Positions 48,097 to 56,622 of a stretch of 64,000 nt of DNA are shown here, piece by piece. The notes below the pieces were generated by a model. It worked only from the letters and a program-made list of their open reading frames with translations, did not search any database and was not told the DNA's origin. Source of the stretch: a virus; IMG/VR virus record IMGVR_UViG_3300046461_000319. The stretch is one strand, 5' to 3'. The position numbers and the translations under genes were made by a program. Positions within the stretch are counted from its first letter, which is position 1; each line of letters opens with the position of its first letter.

Positions 48097-48417
48097 TCAA
48101 GGCACCCCGGACAGAGCTTCAAACCGTGCAGAGATCTTTAGGGCGAGTAGGGTGGCAGTCTTTTTCTTCTTGGCTTCTTCAGCCTCAAGCCGCTTGGCTT
48201 CGGTAATGCTCGCCGGGTCCATCAGCCGGACATTGAGCACCCCCATCTGACGGGCCTTTTTTCGGCCGCGAGGGATTGGGGAAATCTCAATCTTCACAGC
48301 TCCGGACTTCTCATCTTTCCAGAGCTGGGTGACACGACCCTTTTTGTTCTTGAACCGTCCGAAGTGAACGTAATCGCCAACTTTGGGTAACACGATCTGT
48401 ACTGGGGCGTCTGCCAT
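48097..48417 (-). CDS. KOW/SH3-like small protein
   Basis: KVGDYVHFGRFKNKKGRV; C-terminal LKISARF motif. Confidence 0.6.
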   Translation of the reverse strand: MADAPVQIVLPKVGDYVHFGRFKNKKGRVTQLWKDEKSGAVKIEISPIPRGRKKARQMGVLNVRLMDPASITEAKRLEAEEAKKKKTATLLALKISARFEALSGVP

Positions 48418-48495
48418 GCCTATCTCTCAGCAGTACCCGTTTGATAAGATCGCTAGCGAGAACGTACACCGACCGCCGCGGTGTAGCCCCGGGGC

Positions 48496-49155
48496 ATGGA
48501 CCACTCGATTCCTCCCGCCCTCCGGGCACAGATCGACGCAGCGGACTTCATTTGCGGCTCCGATGAGTGTGGGCTTGGCAGCTGGGCTGGGCCTCTCTCG
48601 GTATGCGCTGCCGTGGTGCCCCGTGGCTGGACTTGGCCAGGGGTTACCGATTCCAAGAAGCTGACTAGGCAGGCTCGCGAGCGCGTCTACCCCCAGCTGA
48701 TCGGGCAGATCACCTACTCCGTGGTCCATGTCAGCCCTCAGGAATTCGATGCTAAGGGCGCGGGACCTATTCTTATAGAAGCTCACGCGAGGGCAATCAG
48801 CGGCGCCCTCAAGGCCCACCAAGGGAAGGGCTACAGGGATACGCCTCTATGCATCATTGACGGTCTACGACCGGTTCTGGCGGCGACTCCGCTCCCCAAA
48901 GCTGACTTATTGATCCCAGCGGTCTCAGCCGCCTCGATCATCGCCAAGGTCCGGCACGACTGGGCCATGGGTGAGCTCGACCGGCAGTTACCGGGGTATG
49001 GGTTCTCTAAGAATGCGGGGTACGGGACCCCGCAGCACCGTGCCGCCCTTGCGCAACTCGGCGTGAGTAAGGCGCATCGCCGCAGCTATCAGCCTATGAG
49101 CGGGATGGTCTCGAGCGGCGACGATGTATTCACGATGCTCTGCGGGCTTGAGTGA
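48496..49155 (+). CDS. rnhB: Ribonuclease HII
   Basis: GSDECGLGSWAGP, DSKKL, IIDG, VSAASIIAKV, GYGTPQH, HRRSY. Confidence 0.9.
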   Translation: MDHSIPPALRAQIDAADFICGSDECGLGSWAGPLSVCAAVVPRGWTWPGVTDSKKLTRQARERVYPQLIGQITYSVVHVSPQEFDAKGAGPILIEAHARAISGALKAHQGKGYRDTPLCIIDGLRPVLAATPLPKADLLIPAVSAASIIAKVRHDWAMGELDRQLPGYGFSKNAGYGTPQHRAALAQLGVSKAHRRSYQPMSGMVSSGDDVFTMLCGLE

Positions 49156-49159
49156 TTCT

Positions 49160-49474
49160 ATGAACTCGACTTCGAGACGTGGGTTTCTCAAGAGTCTAGG
49201 TGCGGCATTGGCCACCGGTTTCGTAGCGGACCCGGTAACCAAGCTGCTGGTGCCTGAGCGCAAGATCTGGGCGGTCGGCGCTCAGTTGAGCTCAGAACGA
49301 GATCGCAGCAAGCCCGCCAACTTCTCTCAGCTGTATCAAGGTTTGCGACCGCGACCAGGCTATGCGGTCATAGCTCTCACAATGAACGGCCCCGAGATGC
49401 GCGTAGGGGCGTTGCTGGCGGATAGGCATGTGCCAATCCATTGGACGGAGCCCAAGTGGCCAAGCCGATCCTGA
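49160..49474 (+). CDS. Small protein with twin-arginine-like N-terminus
   Basis: SRRGFLKSLGAALA. Confidence 0.55.
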   Translation: MNSTSRRGFLKSLGAALATGFVADPVTKLLVPERKIWAVGAQLSSERDRSKPANFSQLYQGLRPRPGYAVIALTMNGPEMRVGALLADRHVPIHWTEPKWPSRS

Positions 49475-50325
49475 AATGGGCGGGCGGCAAGACTCAACTC
49501 CTACCAACGTTGACTCAGCTTATCCCGTGCACGAGCGGCACGTACTATGAGCCATTCATAGGGGGTGGGGCCGCCTTCTTTTTCTTCGCGGAGAAGGAAC
49601 GCTTCCAACGAGCGGTGATCAATGACTTCAACCCCGAGCTCACGAACCTCTACCTCGTGCTTAGGGATCGCCTAGATGAGCTGGTCCAGGGCTTGGAGGC
49701 TCTGCTTCGTACTTCCGAGTGGAACACCCAAGAGTACTTCCGCGAAGTGCGTGCCTCCGAGCCCGTGGACCCGATCGCGAAAGCGGTGCGGATGCTGTAC
49801 TTGAACAAGACAGGGTTCAACGGTCTCCACCGGGTCAACAAGGCCGGCAAGTTCAATGTGCCCTTTGGACGCTATGAGAACCCGCGCCTGTACGACCTGA
49901 TCAACCTGCACGATTGCCGCCAAGTGTTGCGCGCAGTGGAGATCCGCACGGGTGACTTTGAGGCAGCGGTGCATGACGCCAGCGCCGGTGACGTCGTGTA
50001 CCTCGACCCGCCGTATGTGCCTCTGTCGAGTACGTCATGCTTCACGGCCTATGCCGGCAAGTTCGGGCCAGACGAACAAGCACGTGTGGCAAAGTTGTTT
50101 CGCGATCTCGTTCGTCGCGGCGTCTACTGCGTTCAATCCAATAGCGACTCTCCGGTGACACGGGAGCTCTACGAGGGCTTCGAGATTCATAGCGTTCAAG
50201 CTCGGCGCTCGGTCAACTCGGATGCGACCAAGCGGGGGAAGATCAGCGAGCTCGTGATCGTGGGGCAGCCCGAGGGCTGGTCGTCTCAAGCCTTTGACGC
50301 ACTAGAAGGTGTCCGGATCCTCTAA
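49456..50325 (+). CDS. dam: DNA adenine methyltransferase (Dam/D12 class)
   Basis: LKWAGGK, EPFIGGGA, INDFN, YLDPPY. Confidence 0.9.
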   Translation: MAKPILKWAGGKTQLLPTLTQLIPCTSGTYYEPFIGGGAAFFFFAEKERFQRAVINDFNPELTNLYLVLRDRLDELVQGLEALLRTSEWNTQEYFREVRASEPVDPIAKAVRMLYLNKTGFNGLHRVNKAGKFNVPFGRYENPRLYDLINLHDCRQVLRAVEIRTGDFEAAVHDASAGDVVYLDPPYVPLSSTSCFTAYAGKFGPDEQARVAKLFRDLVRRGVYCVQSNSDSPVTRELYEGFEIHSVQARRSVNSDATKRGKISELVIVGQPEGWSSQAFDALEGVRIL

Positions 50326-50342
50326 TGCAGCCGCCCATTAAG

Positions 50343-51083
50343 ATGGACCGCATCGTTGAGAGAATCGTAACAAGGTACGCCCGAGCGATGGCTCGTGAGG
50401 CTGCACGAACGAATCCCAAGAAGCTGCTTCAGTGGCTGAGGCAGGCGCGTGAGTTTCTGGTGAGCAAGAGGAGCTCGAGCGAGGTCAGCTATTGGGTGAA
50501 CTTGCTCAAAGAGTTGGGATGGAAGACTGTCTTGCTCCTAACGGAGGGCGGCGGGTACAACAATCACAGGTACGTCCTGACGTCACCTGAAGGCAAGTCC
50601 ATCACGACCCTGTTGTACCCTGAAGGTGGCGGCTCTAAGGATGTGATGGACTGGCTTCTAAATGAGACCAAACTCCTCCAGCAGATTGATGCCAAGATCG
50701 AGCAGTACGAACCGCTGGTCGCAGAGCGAGAAGAAAAGAAGAAGGCCCCGAAAACTCCAGCGTCGTTTGGGATCCCGATGGAGGACGTGACGTTTGCGCT
50801 AGGCACAGGTGAGAAGTGGGGCACAGGTGAAAAGTACTTGATCGATTTCGGGGTCCTCGACGCGAGCGGGCGTCCCATGGGATATCAGATCGTTATCGGC
50901 CCACCGAGGGAGCCTGACGGCAAGTGGACCGTTACACCGCATCAGATGCGACGTGGTAAGACGTTCGGAGCTCTTCAGCGCGAGGTTGAGCTCGACAGTC
51001 GTGCTGAGTGTGTCATCTATGCCAAAAAGATCGTGGCGAAAGCGTACCAGTACGTTTTGAAAGTGCACCGCCAGGCACCGTAA
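50343..51083 (+). CDS. Hypothetical protein with RIVTRY leader
   Basis: MDRIVERIVTRYARAMAREAA. Confidence 0.65.
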   Translation: MDRIVERIVTRYARAMAREAARTNPKKLLQWLRQAREFLVSKRSSSEVSYWVNLLKELGWKTVLLLTEGGGYNNHRYVLTSPEGKSITTLLYPEGGGSKDVMDWLLNETKLLQQIDAKIEQYEPLVAEREEKKKAPKTPASFGIPMEDVTFALGTGEKWGTGEKYLIDFGVLDASGRPMGYQIVIGPPREPDGKWTVTPHQMRRGKTFGALQREVELDSRAECVIYAKKIVAKAYQYVLKVHRQAP

Positions 51084-51164
51084 GACATTCTCGCTGAGCG
51101 TGCCGTAATAGTTAAGATTGTCGCCTCCGCCACCCGTTTGTTTCGATAGGGTAGTGTTACTGAG

Positions 51165-51620
51165 GTGACTGCTATGCGGCGCACTGCTTGGTATTGCGCG
51201 TGGGGGTTCGGTCTATTCATTGGCGTGATTGCCACTCTCGTCCCCGCATGCGCTTCTCATGTGCTCTTACACCGGCGACCGGACGCAGAGACCGGAACGC
51301 TCGGACCACTTATACACTGTGAGGTGGGCGATAAGCCTTGCGAAGTGGACTCTCGCTACGACGGGTCCATATTCAACCTTTCAGGTACCACGAAATTCAG
51401 CCTCCCGAACTGCACATATGGCATTCGCGAGATTCTGATCCGAGATGTTGGGTCCTCTGGTACTGACGTCATCGTGCGTTGTGCTGCTCCAGCGCCGACG
51501 CCTGATGCAGGGCTGCCGACCACGGCGCCAGATGGAGGAACCTATTTCCCATCGGAGCCGGCGAGCCCAGCCCCAGCGGCGCGCCCTCACAGTCTGGACC
51601 CCACCCTGGATCATAGGTAG
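51165..51620 (+). CDS. Putative lipoprotein (myxobacterial style)
   Basis: Hydrophobic signal ending LVPAC; PDAG low-complexity tail. Confidence 0.55.
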   Translation: MTAMRRTAWYCAWGFGLFIGVIATLVPACASHVLLHRRPDAETGTLGPLIHCEVGDKPCEVDSRYDGSIFNLSGTTKFSLPNCTYGIREILIRDVGSSGTDVIVRCAAPAPTPDAGLPTTAPDGGTYFPSEPASPAPAARPHSLDPTLDHR

Positions 51621-51628
51621 GTCATGAA

Positions 51629-53212
51629 ATGCGTCCTCTGCCAAATTTACCAAACACTCAGATTTCCCACGTAGCGCAATGGGCAAATTTCCATCATACG
51701 ATTGTCAACAGATCGGTTCCGGTCTACCTCACGCCGGGAGCTAATGGGCTCCCCGCAGGGGTTAGTCAGGGGGCCGCGTTAACCCCGGACCTCAACGCGA
51801 TCTTGCGTTACTGCTTCGAGCCACCATCGCAGCGACTATGCGTGATCGGCTCGCGCTGGTCGCTGTCCAACATTCTCGACCCGGGGCGAGTCTTACTCGA
51901 CCCCGGGGCTTGGAATCAGATCACTCGAGTTGAACCGCAGTGGCTTACGTCTGACTACACACGCCAAGCAGCCGACCGCGGTGGTGTCCCTGTGATCGTG
52001 CAAGGCGGGGCAACCATCGGCACCTTGAACCGCGTGCTTGGTGAGGCGAATCTGGCGCTTCAAACATCGGGCGCCAACGACGGCCATCGCATCGCGGGTT
52101 GCATCGCAACCGGAACGCACGGATCGCATCTCAAGGTAGGCGCCGTGCATGACACGGTGTTGGCAGTGCTCCTGGTCACGGGGCCGGGACAAGCGGCGCT
52201 CGTACAGCCGACTTGCCGCCGCTTTACGGCAAAGCTGACGCAGTGGTTCCAGAACGAAACGACGCTGGCTGTCCATGACCTTGCTGACGACCGGCTGTTT
52301 GCTGCCGCTCAAGTCTCGCTCGGTGCCCTTGGCTTCGTGCATTCGGTGATCGTCGAGGCGGTGCCGCTCTACGAGATGTATGGGTTATCGGTGGGACGGC
52401 CGTTATTTGACGCCGATGTATGGCGTGCGATGGAGACGCTCAACACGACGGTGCTCGGCTCGGTCAACGAGCCCGATTTCTTTTCGCTCGTGTTCAGCCC
52501 GTTCGCGGGCGCTGGCGAGAACGGCAGCTTCGCGACCTGGCTGTGTAAGCAGCCTGCTTCACGACCGTACGCCGCGCCAGGTCCGAGGAACGCGCGCATC
52601 GCCTCAGACCTCTCGCAATTGCTTTCGCGGCTGATCCCGTTGTTTGACCACGGTATCGGCGCGGACCTGATCGGCGAGATCATCGCAGCGGAGACGGTTG
52701 GGCAGTATGGCGATGCAGTGATCGTCCCAACCTTCCCGGACAGCATGTTCGGTCCCACCCCACTACCAGAAGGCAACGGCCGAAGCGTCGAGGTCGTAGT
52801 AGACCATCTAGACACACGGCGCGCCGTGCTGACGGTGATCGAGGCGATACAGCAGGAGGGGCACGCCGGCAGGCATCTCTTGGGCGGCGTGGGTGTCCGC
52901 TTTGCGCCGCGTACGAGTGCCCTACTCGGGACGAACATTCACGCGATGAACACGTACATCGAGTTTCCGAGCCTTGGTAGCTCCGACACGACCCTGATCC
53001 ACCGGGCGGTGTGGCGAGCTCTCTGGAACGCCAAGATCCCGTTTACGTGCCACTGGGGCCAGGAATACGGCATGAACCCGGTGAGCGTCCGCAACTATTT
53101 CGGCAGCCGTGTCGGCCACTGGAAGACAGCGCGGCAAGTCTTGCTGCCTTCACTGGCTGCGCGGACGGTGTTCACCAACCCCCTGATCGAGCAGTTGGAC
53201 CTCGATTGCTGA
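51629..53212 (+). CDS. FAD-linked oxidoreductase (PCMH FAD-binding, ALO-like)
   Basis: VIGSRWS, VQGGATI, IAGCIATGTHGS, VSLGALG, C-terminal HWGQ. Confidence 0.85.
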   Translation: MRPLPNLPNTQISHVAQWANFHHTIVNRSVPVYLTPGANGLPAGVSQGAALTPDLNAILRYCFEPPSQRLCVIGSRWSLSNILDPGRVLLDPGAWNQITRVEPQWLTSDYTRQAADRGGVPVIVQGGATIGTLNRVLGEANLALQTSGANDGHRIAGCIATGTHGSHLKVGAVHDTVLAVLLVTGPGQAALVQPTCRRFTAKLTQWFQNETTLAVHDLADDRLFAAAQVSLGALGFVHSVIVEAVPLYEMYGLSVGRPLFDADVWRAMETLNTTVLGSVNEPDFFSLVFSPFAGAGENGSFATWLCKQPASRPYAAPGPRNARIASDLSQLLSRLIPLFDHGIGADLIGEIIAAETVGQYGDAVIVPTFPDSMFGPTPLPEGNGRSVEVVVDHLDTRRAVLTVIEAIQQEGHAGRHLLGGVGVRFAPRTSALLGTNIHAMNTYIEFPSLGSSDTTLIHRAVWRALWNAKIPFTCHWGQEYGMNPVSVRNYFGSRVGHWKTARQVLLPSLAARTVFTNPLIEQLDLDC

Positions 53213-53214
53213 GC

Positions 53215-53499
53215 TCAACAGCCTTCCCAATCCGGGTTCACTTCCAACTCACAGATTCCGCGGGCGTCGCGGTAGTGGTCACTGGTGCCGAGTCGCTTCT
53301 CGTCGGCGATGCGGAACACGCGGTATTCGGCGGCATTGAAGGTGCCATGGCCGCTCGACATCGAGTGTTTTTCGATGCGAAATAGGCCGCACTTGCTCGT
53401 GTAGACCGGCTCATCGTCAAACACGATTGTCTTACCGGTAACCTTGCTTACGATCTCGCGGTACGTCGGGCGGCCAAACTTTACTGTGAAAGTCGTCAT
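53215..53499 (-). CDS. Small hypothetical protein
   Basis: Downstream of the class B motif at 53516-53540. Confidence 0.6.
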   Translation of the reverse strand: MTTFTVKFGRPTYREIVSKVTGKTIVFDDEPVYTSKCGLFRIEKHSMSSGHGTFNAAEYRVFRIADEKRLGTSDHYRDARGICELEVNPDWEGC

Positions 53500-53552
53500 G
53501 GCTTGTGAATGAGATACAAACCAGCGGCAACAAACTTCACGGGCGCCCAAAC

Positions 53553-53578
53553 AAAAATGCCCGCCGGGAAGGGCGGGC
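53553..53578 (-). terminator. Intrinsic terminator
   Basis: gcccgcc-gggaa-gggcgggc with A-run (U-tract on minus strand); near-copy at 54206-54234. Confidence 0.7.
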
Positions 53579-53597
53579 TTGAAGGGCAGTGTGGGGG

Positions 53598-53888
53598 TTA
53601 CTTCCCGCGGCCGGGCTTCTTCATGATCCGGTCCGAGCCGGACCGCATGATTCTGCTAAACGTCGCCGCGTAGGAGTAGTTGCCTGGGAGCTTCTCCCAG
53701 CAGAGCATGACCGTCTCACACTGCGCGGCGCTCAACTTCGGGCCGGCCATCAGGGCGAGCATCATGTTGCCGCCCTTGTCCCGCTCGTTCCAGAGCTGCT
53801 TGGCGGCAGCCGCCGTGATGGGCTCGGGCGCGATGCCCTTGTGTCTCGGGTGTCCGCACAGGCAGGGTAGTTGGCTGGTGTTGGTCAT
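53598..53888 (-). CDS. Small hypothetical protein
   Basis: gagaggg SD; CLCGH motif. Confidence 0.55.
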   Translation of the reverse strand: MTNTSQLPCLCGHPRHKGIAPEPITAAAAKQLWNERDKGGNMMLALMAGPKLSAAQCETVMLCWEKLPGNYSYAATFSRIMRSGSDRIMKKPGRGK

Positions 53889-53924
53889 GTTACGGGGTCC
53901 CTCTCTTGAATCGTTGGCAGGTAA

Positions 53925-54140
53925 TCAGAACTCGTAGGGGTCGACCACGGGCTCGTAGGTCATCTCATCGGGCTCGCACTCATCACCCTCGTATTCGCAG
54001 TCATCCACCTCGAACTCGTCATCCTCGGGGCACTCGCCGTCTGCCTCCTCGATTGGCTCAAGTTCAGAGGGCTCTTGGTCGTCGAACTCGGTGTCGTACA
54101 TGTCGTAACCAAAGTCCGATTCGTACTCTTCGTGGTCCAT
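53925..54140 (-). CDS. Extremely acidic small protein (71 aa)
   Basis: 34 D/E and no K/R by hand count; own class B promoter. Confidence 0.6.
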   Translation of the reverse strand: MDHEEYESDFGYDMYDTEFDDQEPSELEPIEEADGECPEDDEFEVDDCEYEGDECEPDEMTYEPVVDPYEF

Positions 54141-54205
54141 CGCTTCTACCTTTCGACCGGGGCACCCTAGATACAATCGAGTCATGGGATTCTTCACGCT
54201 GCCTC

Positions 54206-54234
54206 AAAAAAAGAGCCCACCGGGAAGGGCGGGC
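54206..54234 (-). terminator. Intrinsic terminator
   Basis: aaaaaaa-gagcccacc-gggaa-gggcgggc. Confidence 0.7.
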
Positions 54235-54240
54235 CTTCGT

Positions 54241-54495
54241 TCAGAACGAGCCGATGTCAGCCAAGCGGCACTTGTGTTGCACCTTGCCGCGCTTGCCCTT
54301 CGTGTAGACGACGCCGCCGAGTGCCTCGATGTGTACAACCTTGATTGAGTCTCCCGTTCGCACGTGCTTCGCCTCGAAACCGAAGCCGCCGCGTTGGAAC
54401 CACTCCAGCAGGTCACAGCGGGCGCTGTCATAGGCTTCCCAATCTTTGCAACCGTGCCACTTCAACATCGCTTCAAAACAGGCTTTAGGGTCCAT
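54241..54495 (-). CDS. Small hypothetical protein
   Basis: gaggag SD and class B motif upstream. Confidence 0.6.
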   Translation of the reverse strand: MDPKACFEAMLKWHGCKDWEAYDSARCDLLEWFQRGGFGFEAKHVRTGDSIKVVHIEALGGVVYTKGKRGKVQHKCRLADIGSF

Positions 54496-54549
54496 CGTGC
54501 TCTCCTCTTCGTTTCGGGCAGTGTCGATACAATCGAGCCAGGCAGTTCT

Positions 54550-54846
54550 TCACGCCGCCTTGAACTTTGCGTGTTGCGCTTCCGAGTCAACCTCGTGATT
54601 GTGGAGAGCTAGCGCAGCCCGACGGCCGCGAACCTCAATCTTTGCAAGGGCTTCTTTGGTTGCGCCAGAGCGGCGGGCAAGGCGCCATTCTTGCCGGAGG
54701 TTGTTGAGCGCCTCGATCAGCTCCAACCGGATCCCAGGTAGGTCAAGCGCGGTGCCCCAGCAGCGGAAGCACACGCCGCCCTTGATGTGAGCGTAGCACT
54801 TGAGTTCGCCTTTCGCGGCGCAGCGGGGGCATGCATGGGTCGGCAT
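54550..54846 (-). CDS. Small Zn-finger protein
   Basis: CPRC...CFRC.G; ATG 9 nt after the class B motif. Confidence 0.6.
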   Translation of the reverse strand: MPTHACPRCAAKGELKCYAHIKGGVCFRCWGTALDLPGIRLELIEALNNLRQEWRLARRSGATKEALAKIEVRGRRAALALHNHEVDSEAQHAKFKAA

Positions 54847-54927
54847 GTCCTGAAGACAATTCAGAGGTCTGAATCTTCAAGGCCAGCGGCTGCGCCCGAC
54901 TGTTCTTATGTGTGGGCTTTTAGCGAC

Positions 54928-55398
54928 ATGCACAGGATCGCTAGTCCATCTCAACTTCAAGCAGAGCTTCGCGGCATGCTCCGCTATCTCGGGGCCGGGA
55001 GGCCATCCAGGGCACACATCGCCGCAGCTCTGCGGGGGCTCAGTGCTCGCTTGCACGAGGGGGCGCCGCGCAGCAATGAAGCGGAGATTGACCAGGCTGT
55101 TAGCACCGTGCTTTCGCGTATCTATCAGCTCATGACGTCGTTCAACCACACAATGAACGCGTCCACCTCTTGCTCGCAGGCGATCGACATCGCTTTTGAG
55201 AACGTCAAGATTCGCCCGGGGATCCGCAAAACGGTCATCAAACAAGTGTACCGAACCCTGAAATCGGAGTTGGCACTAGAGAAGGCCATGTCTCCGCGGG
55301 AGTGGGCAGAGAACTACACCGACCACGATGCCAGTGAAGAAGAGCTAGCTGAGGTGATCAAGCACATCGACTCATATCGAGACCTGAGCAAAATGTGA
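54928..55398 (+). CDS. MRKIA-leader protein 6 (divergent)
   Basis: MHRIASPSQLQAELRGMLRY...PSRAHIAAALRGLSARL aligns gap-free with the family. Confidence 0.7.
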   Translation: MHRIASPSQLQAELRGMLRYLGAGRPSRAHIAAALRGLSARLHEGAPRSNEAEIDQAVSTVLSRIYQLMTSFNHTMNASTSCSQAIDIAFENVKIRPGIRKTVIKQVYRTLKSELALEKAMSPREWAENYTDHDASEEELAEVIKHIDSYRDLSKM

Positions 55399-55477
55399 TG
55401 CGGCGAGCTCGCGCTGAAGCATCTATTTCCGGTCCTTGGTGTAAAGGGTGGTCGGGTTGATCACCAAGGAGGCGGAT

Positions 55478-55588
55478 ATGGCAAATTGGTATCGGTGGCT
55501 AACGTTAGCTGTAAACGTGTTGGATGCGCTTGAAGTGATAGTCGCTCTCGGAACGATTCTTACGCTTGCTATCTGGCCATCACTCTAG
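55478..55588 (+). CDS. 36-aa hydrophobic membrane peptide (not in ORF track)
   Basis: ggagg SD; MANWYRWLTLAVNVLDALEVIVALGTILTLAIWPSL. Confidence 0.45.
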   Translation: MANWYRWLTLAVNVLDALEVIVALGTILTLAIWPSL

Positions 55589-55612
55589 CGGCGGACGGTG
55601 TAGTCGCCGTTC

Positions 55613-56311
55613 ATGAAGAACACCGTTAGCCTGCTCGTTGGTATTCTAGGGATCTCGGGTGCAGGGAAGGACACCACTGCGGACCTTCTGGTTCAGGACC
55701 ACGGCTTCGTAAAGGTAAGCTTGGCGGACCCCGTGAAACAAATAGCTCGTCGAGTTTACGCATTCTCGGACGAGCAACTCTGGGGTCCGGGCCAAGCTAA
55801 AGTCGCACCCGACAAGCGTTATCCACGTCCCGACGGCTCATTCCTCACGCCCCGCGAAGCATTGCAGTCGCTCGGGACCGAATGGGGCCGCGGATGTTAT
55901 CCCAACACTTGGGTTGAGCTGGGCATCCGAACAGCCCATGAGCTGCTGCTGGATGGCGGCGTCTCTCTTCAGTACTCGCACCAGCTAGGGATACACAAAC
56001 GCCAGGATGGGCTCCGCGGGCGTACACGCTCCGTTATCGGGGTCGTGATCCCCGATGTCAGGTTCAAGAATGAGGTGGCCGCCATCAAAGAGTCAGGCGG
56101 CCTCCTAGTGAAAATCTCGAGACCAGGCGCTGGGCTCCCGGGGGCACTCGGGCTTCACTCATCAGAGACGGAGCAGGCCAGTATCCCTGATTCGGCGTTC
56201 GACAAAGTCCTGCAGAACACAGGTACGATCGAGGACTTACGCCTCATGGTCGACGCCTTCATGCGCCAGATCAGCGGCTGTCCGAGGCCTTTGCCTTGGG
56301 CTCAGGCCTGA
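55613..56311 (+). CDS. Deoxynucleoside monophosphate kinase (phage dNMP kinase)
   Basis: GISGAGKDT, SLADPVK, REALQSLGTEWGR, VIPDVRFKNE, HSSE. Confidence 0.85.
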   Translation: MKNTVSLLVGILGISGAGKDTTADLLVQDHGFVKVSLADPVKQIARRVYAFSDEQLWGPGQAKVAPDKRYPRPDGSFLTPREALQSLGTEWGRGCYPNTWVELGIRTAHELLLDGGVSLQYSHQLGIHKRQDGLRGRTRSVIGVVIPDVRFKNEVAAIKESGGLLVKISRPGAGLPGALGLHSSETEQASIPDSAFDKVLQNTGTIEDLRLMVDAFMRQISGCPRPLPWAQA

Positions 56312-56564
56312 CCACCATCTTTGGCGTATCTTTTGCCGTCGGCTTGCCGGCCATCTTCTGGGGTTTGGGCAGGTCGTAAACCCGGATGGCTTTTTCAACA
56401 AGAGCCAGCAGGTGGTCCACGGAGTGCTTGTAGCCCTCGAAGTCCACAGGGCCGGCTTGCTTCTCGAGCTCCGCGGCATAGTCGGCAGCTGCTGCGAACC
56501 GGTATTTGTAAACCTTCGCAGACCAAAGCCGGTCGCGGAGTTCGTGTAGTGCTGTCATGTCCAT
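56271..56564 (-). CDS. Small hypothetical protein
   Basis: ggagg SD; convergent with the kinase. Confidence 0.55.
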   Translation of the reverse strand: MDMTALHELRDRLWSAKVYKYRFAAAADYAAELEKQAGPVDFEGYKHSVDHLLALVEKAIRVYDLPKPQKMAGKPTAKDTPKMVVRPEPKAKASDSR

Positions 56565-56622
56565 GTGCTGTCGTCCTCCCTAGTGATTAACCCTGTGACC
56601 GTTGAGCGGTGTACTTGGGGCT

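Noticed and set aside
55613-56311. dNMP kinase + nucleotidase as evidence of a hypermodified base
   Set aside because: No thymidylate-synthase-like, glycosyltransferase or Queuosine-pathway genes in the window; these enzymes also serve ordinary dNTP supply.
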